Below are positions 34,274 to 36,292 of a DNA stretch of 36,292 bases, in pieces (the first letter of the stretch is position 1; each line of letters begins with the position of its first letter). Both the position numbers and the translations under genes were made by a program. A model generated the notes under the pieces. The model worked only from the letters and a program-made list of their open reading frames with translations. It was not told the DNA's origin and made no database searches. The DNA comes from Propionibacteriaceae bacterium (GTDB lineage: Bacteria > Actinomycetota > Actinomycetes > Propionibacteriales > Propionibacteriaceae), in contig DATEWO010000236.1 in NCBI GenBank assembly GCA_035257925.1, positions 1 to 36,292 on the forward strand, in the 5' to 3' direction.

Positions 34274-35434
34274 GTGATGGACCCGGCGATGCTTCCGGCG
34301 GGCACACCGGGTCCAGCGAGGCCTCCTGTTGCACCGGCTGCATTGCTGCGCCGTCCCCGGTCCGCGTTGACCTGGGTGACAGTGATCGTTCTCGGCCTGG
34401 GCGGCCTACTGATTGCGATCTTGATCTTCCTTCTCGGCGGGCCGGCAGCTGCGTTGATCGCCACGCTGTTGGCGGCGGTCTCCTTCCCAGTGATGATCTT
34501 GATCTGCTTCTGGCTCGATCGTTATGAGCCAGAACCTGTGCGCTACCGGCTAGCGGCATTCGGCTGGGGTGCCGTCGCCGCTGTCGGTTTTAGCTTCGTG
34601 GGCGAGCAGTTGGTGTTCGGGCTATCAGGAACCAATGAATTCATCAACCTGGCAGTCGCCGCGCCACTGGTCGAGGAGCTCGGCAAAGGCCTGTTTCTGG
34701 TTGCCGTCGTGGTCTTTCGCCGTGCCGAGTTGCATGGCCCGCTCGATGGCATCGTGTACGGCGCCCTGGTCGGGATCGGATTCGCCTTCGTTGAGGACAT
34801 CGTCTACTACCTGCAGTCGCTGCAGGCGGGGCAGCTCGGTGTCACGTTCTTCCTCCGCGGCATCATGGGCCCGTTCGCGCACCCGCTGTTCACGGCCGCA
34901 ACAGGACTGGGCATTGGGATCGCCGTGGCGACGCGTCGCCCGGGCGTGCGCGTTCTGGCGCCGATCCTTGGCTTCCTGGCGGCTGTCGTCATGCACGCGA
35001 TTTGGAATGGCAGTACCTTCTGGGGCGGGAACGGATTCTTGTTCGCGTACACCGTGATCTTCCTACCGCTGTTGGTCGTGATACTCGCGGTCGCAGTCTG
35101 GGCTCGCTCCCGCGAAGGCAAGCTGCTCACTACGGCACTCCAGCAGGTCGCGCAGATGGGCTGGATCCGGCCCGAAGAGATCCGCTGGATAGCCCGACTC
35201 TCAGACCGTATGTCGGCACGCGCCTACGCCAAGCGCATCGGCGGCAAGCCCGCCGCCGATGCCGTCCGTGCGTATCAGCAGACCATGACCGAGGTGGCCT
35301 TCCTCCATCATCGAGCGGTCGACGGGACCGCTCCTGCTGATCTCAACCAGCGCATGAACGGGCTGCTCCAGCGGGCCGCCTGGCTGCGGCCCTATGTTGT
35401 CCTGCCTCCGCAGTCCCCTGCAGTGATGTGGTGA
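34274..35434 (+). CDS. PrsW family intramembrane glutamic-type protease
   Basis: LDRYEPEP, APLVEELGKG, DGIVYG...GFAFVED, FAHPLFT and MHAIWN; multiple TM helices. Confidence 0.88.
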   Translation: MMDPAMLPAGTPGPARPPVAPAALLRRPRSALTWVTVIVLGLGGLLIAILIFLLGGPAAALIATLLAAVSFPVMILICFWLDRYEPEPVRYRLAAFGWGAVAAVGFSFVGEQLVFGLSGTNEFINLAVAAPLVEELGKGLFLVAVVVFRRAELHGPLDGIVYGALVGIGFAFVEDIVYYLQSLQAGQLGVTFFLRGIMGPFAHPLFTAATGLGIGIAVATRRPGVRVLAPILGFLAAVVMHAIWNGSTFWGGNGFLFAYTVIFLPLLVVILAVAVWARSREGKLLTTALQQVAQMGWIRPEEIRWIARLSDRMSARAYAKRIGGKPAADAVRAYQQTMTEVAFLHHRAVDGTAPADLNQRMNGLLQRAAWLRPYVVLPPQSPAVMW

Positions 35435-36292
35435 TGATCAGGCGCTGGCTCAGCTCGATTGGCGGCCTGCGCGGTGCGGGTCGGCGCACCAATGTGACAC
35501 TGCTCGTGGTCCTCATCTGTGCCGCGCTGACCGGTGGCCTGGCCTTCGCGGCGGGCACCCCAATTCCGGCCAAGCTCGCAACGGTGATCCATGGTCTGTT
35601 TGGGCTCGCTGTCGTTTTGCTCGTGCCCTGGAAGTCGGTGATCGTTCGCCGCGCTCCCGCCCTGCGGGCCGCCAGCCTCGCGTTGGTCGGGCTGATCGCA
35701 ATCTGCGTCATTTCGGGTCTCCTCGAGGTGTTCGGTGGATATGGCGTGATGTGGCGACTAAGTCCGATGCAGGTACACGTGGGGTCTGCCGTGCTAGCCG
35801 CACCGCTGCTCGCTTGGCACCTACTGCGCCACCGTCGGCAACGCCTGCGCCGGCGCGATTTATCACGCCGCACGTTGCTGCGTACCGGTGCTCTGGCTGT
35901 CGGCGTTGCTGCGGCATACGGCACGCTTGAGGGCCTCGGTCGGCTGACCGGATCGGCATCTGCCAGCAGGATCGCAACCGGGTCCCATCACCTCAGCCCG
36001 GAGGCCGTTCCGGCGACGATGTGGCTCTTCGATCAGGTCCCGATGGTTGCATCCGACTACCGCATCCATGTCGCCGGAGAAGAGCTGACCGTATCCGATC
36101 TCGCGTCGCGCTCCGCCACTGTCGCCGCCCGGCTCGACTGCACCAGCGGCTGGTACACCGACGCGGAGTGGACAGCCGTCAGCCTCGCCGACCTGCTCGC
36201 TCCGGAACAGGTAGCCGCGGCTGCCAGCATCGAGGTCGTGAGCGTGACCGGATACCGGCGCCGCTTCCCCGCGGACGAGGCAGGCTCCTTGT
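35431..36292 (+). CDS. Membrane-bound molybdopterin-dependent oxidoreductase (sulfite oxidase family), 3' truncated by window edge
   Basis: Manually translated from GTG/ATG overlapping the PrsW stop: about 4 hydrophobic helices with His residues, then DLSRRTLL, another helix, then ARLDCTSGW, W..VSL.DLL and SVTGY.R.FP. Open to the window end; absent from the ORF track. Confidence 0.8.
   Translation, partial: MMIRRWLSSIGGLRGAGRRTNVTLLVVLICAALTGGLAFAAGTPIPAKLATVIHGLFGLAVVLLVPWKSVIVRRAPALRAASLALVGLIAICVISGLLEVFGGYGVMWRLSPMQVHVGSAVLAAPLLAWHLLRHRRQRLRRRDLSRRTLLRTGALAVGVAAAYGTLEGLGRLTGSASASRIATGSHHLSPEAVPATMWLFDQVPMVASDYRIHVAGEELTVSDLASRSATVAARLDCTSGWYTDAEWTAVSLADLLAPEQVAAAASIEVVSVTGYRRRFPADEAGSL

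Noticed and set aside
220-36069. Numerous overlapping or antisense ORFs in the track (e.g. 1411..2124, 13928..14869, 20595..21449, 22478..23200, 35343..35924)
   Set aside because: Shadow frames typical of high-GC coding DNA; they have no recognisable motifs and overlap well-supported genes.

Overview
High-GC actinobacterial chromosome segment, consistent with Propionibacteriales (Microlunatus/Nocardioides-like, inferred from gene content and synteny). It is mostly core genome. In order: 3' end of rfbA; an AAA+/vWA pair; sepH; the conserved GNAT-acyl-CoA ligase > DUF5998 > alkaline-phosphatase-family > tdk > sulfurtransferase block; a glpK-glpX-glpD operon; a CHAD protein; convergent topoisomerase IV genes flanking a beta-carbonic anhydrase; a small Zn-finger protein; the principal sigma factor; USP plus glutamate-cysteine ligase; oligopeptidase B; a group 2 sigma factor; tesB; a HemK-like methyltransferase; PAC2; a YbjN/T3SS-chaperone-like protein; HMG-CoA lyase; PrsW; and a truncated membrane molybdo-oxidoreductase. 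I saw no transposase, integrase, phage gene, CRISPR array, rRNA or tRNA, and no clearly new multi-gene system. The best leads are small-scale: a 124-bp structured element bounded by 15-bp direct repeats (11152-11290), a leaderless 23-aa Cys-Cys uORF coupled to the CHAD gene, a methyltransferase gene with no canonical start codon, a dense regulatory cluster upstream of the group 2 sigma factor, a symmetric bidirectional -10 element, and widespread leaderless gene starts. Product calls come from recognised motifs, not database searches.
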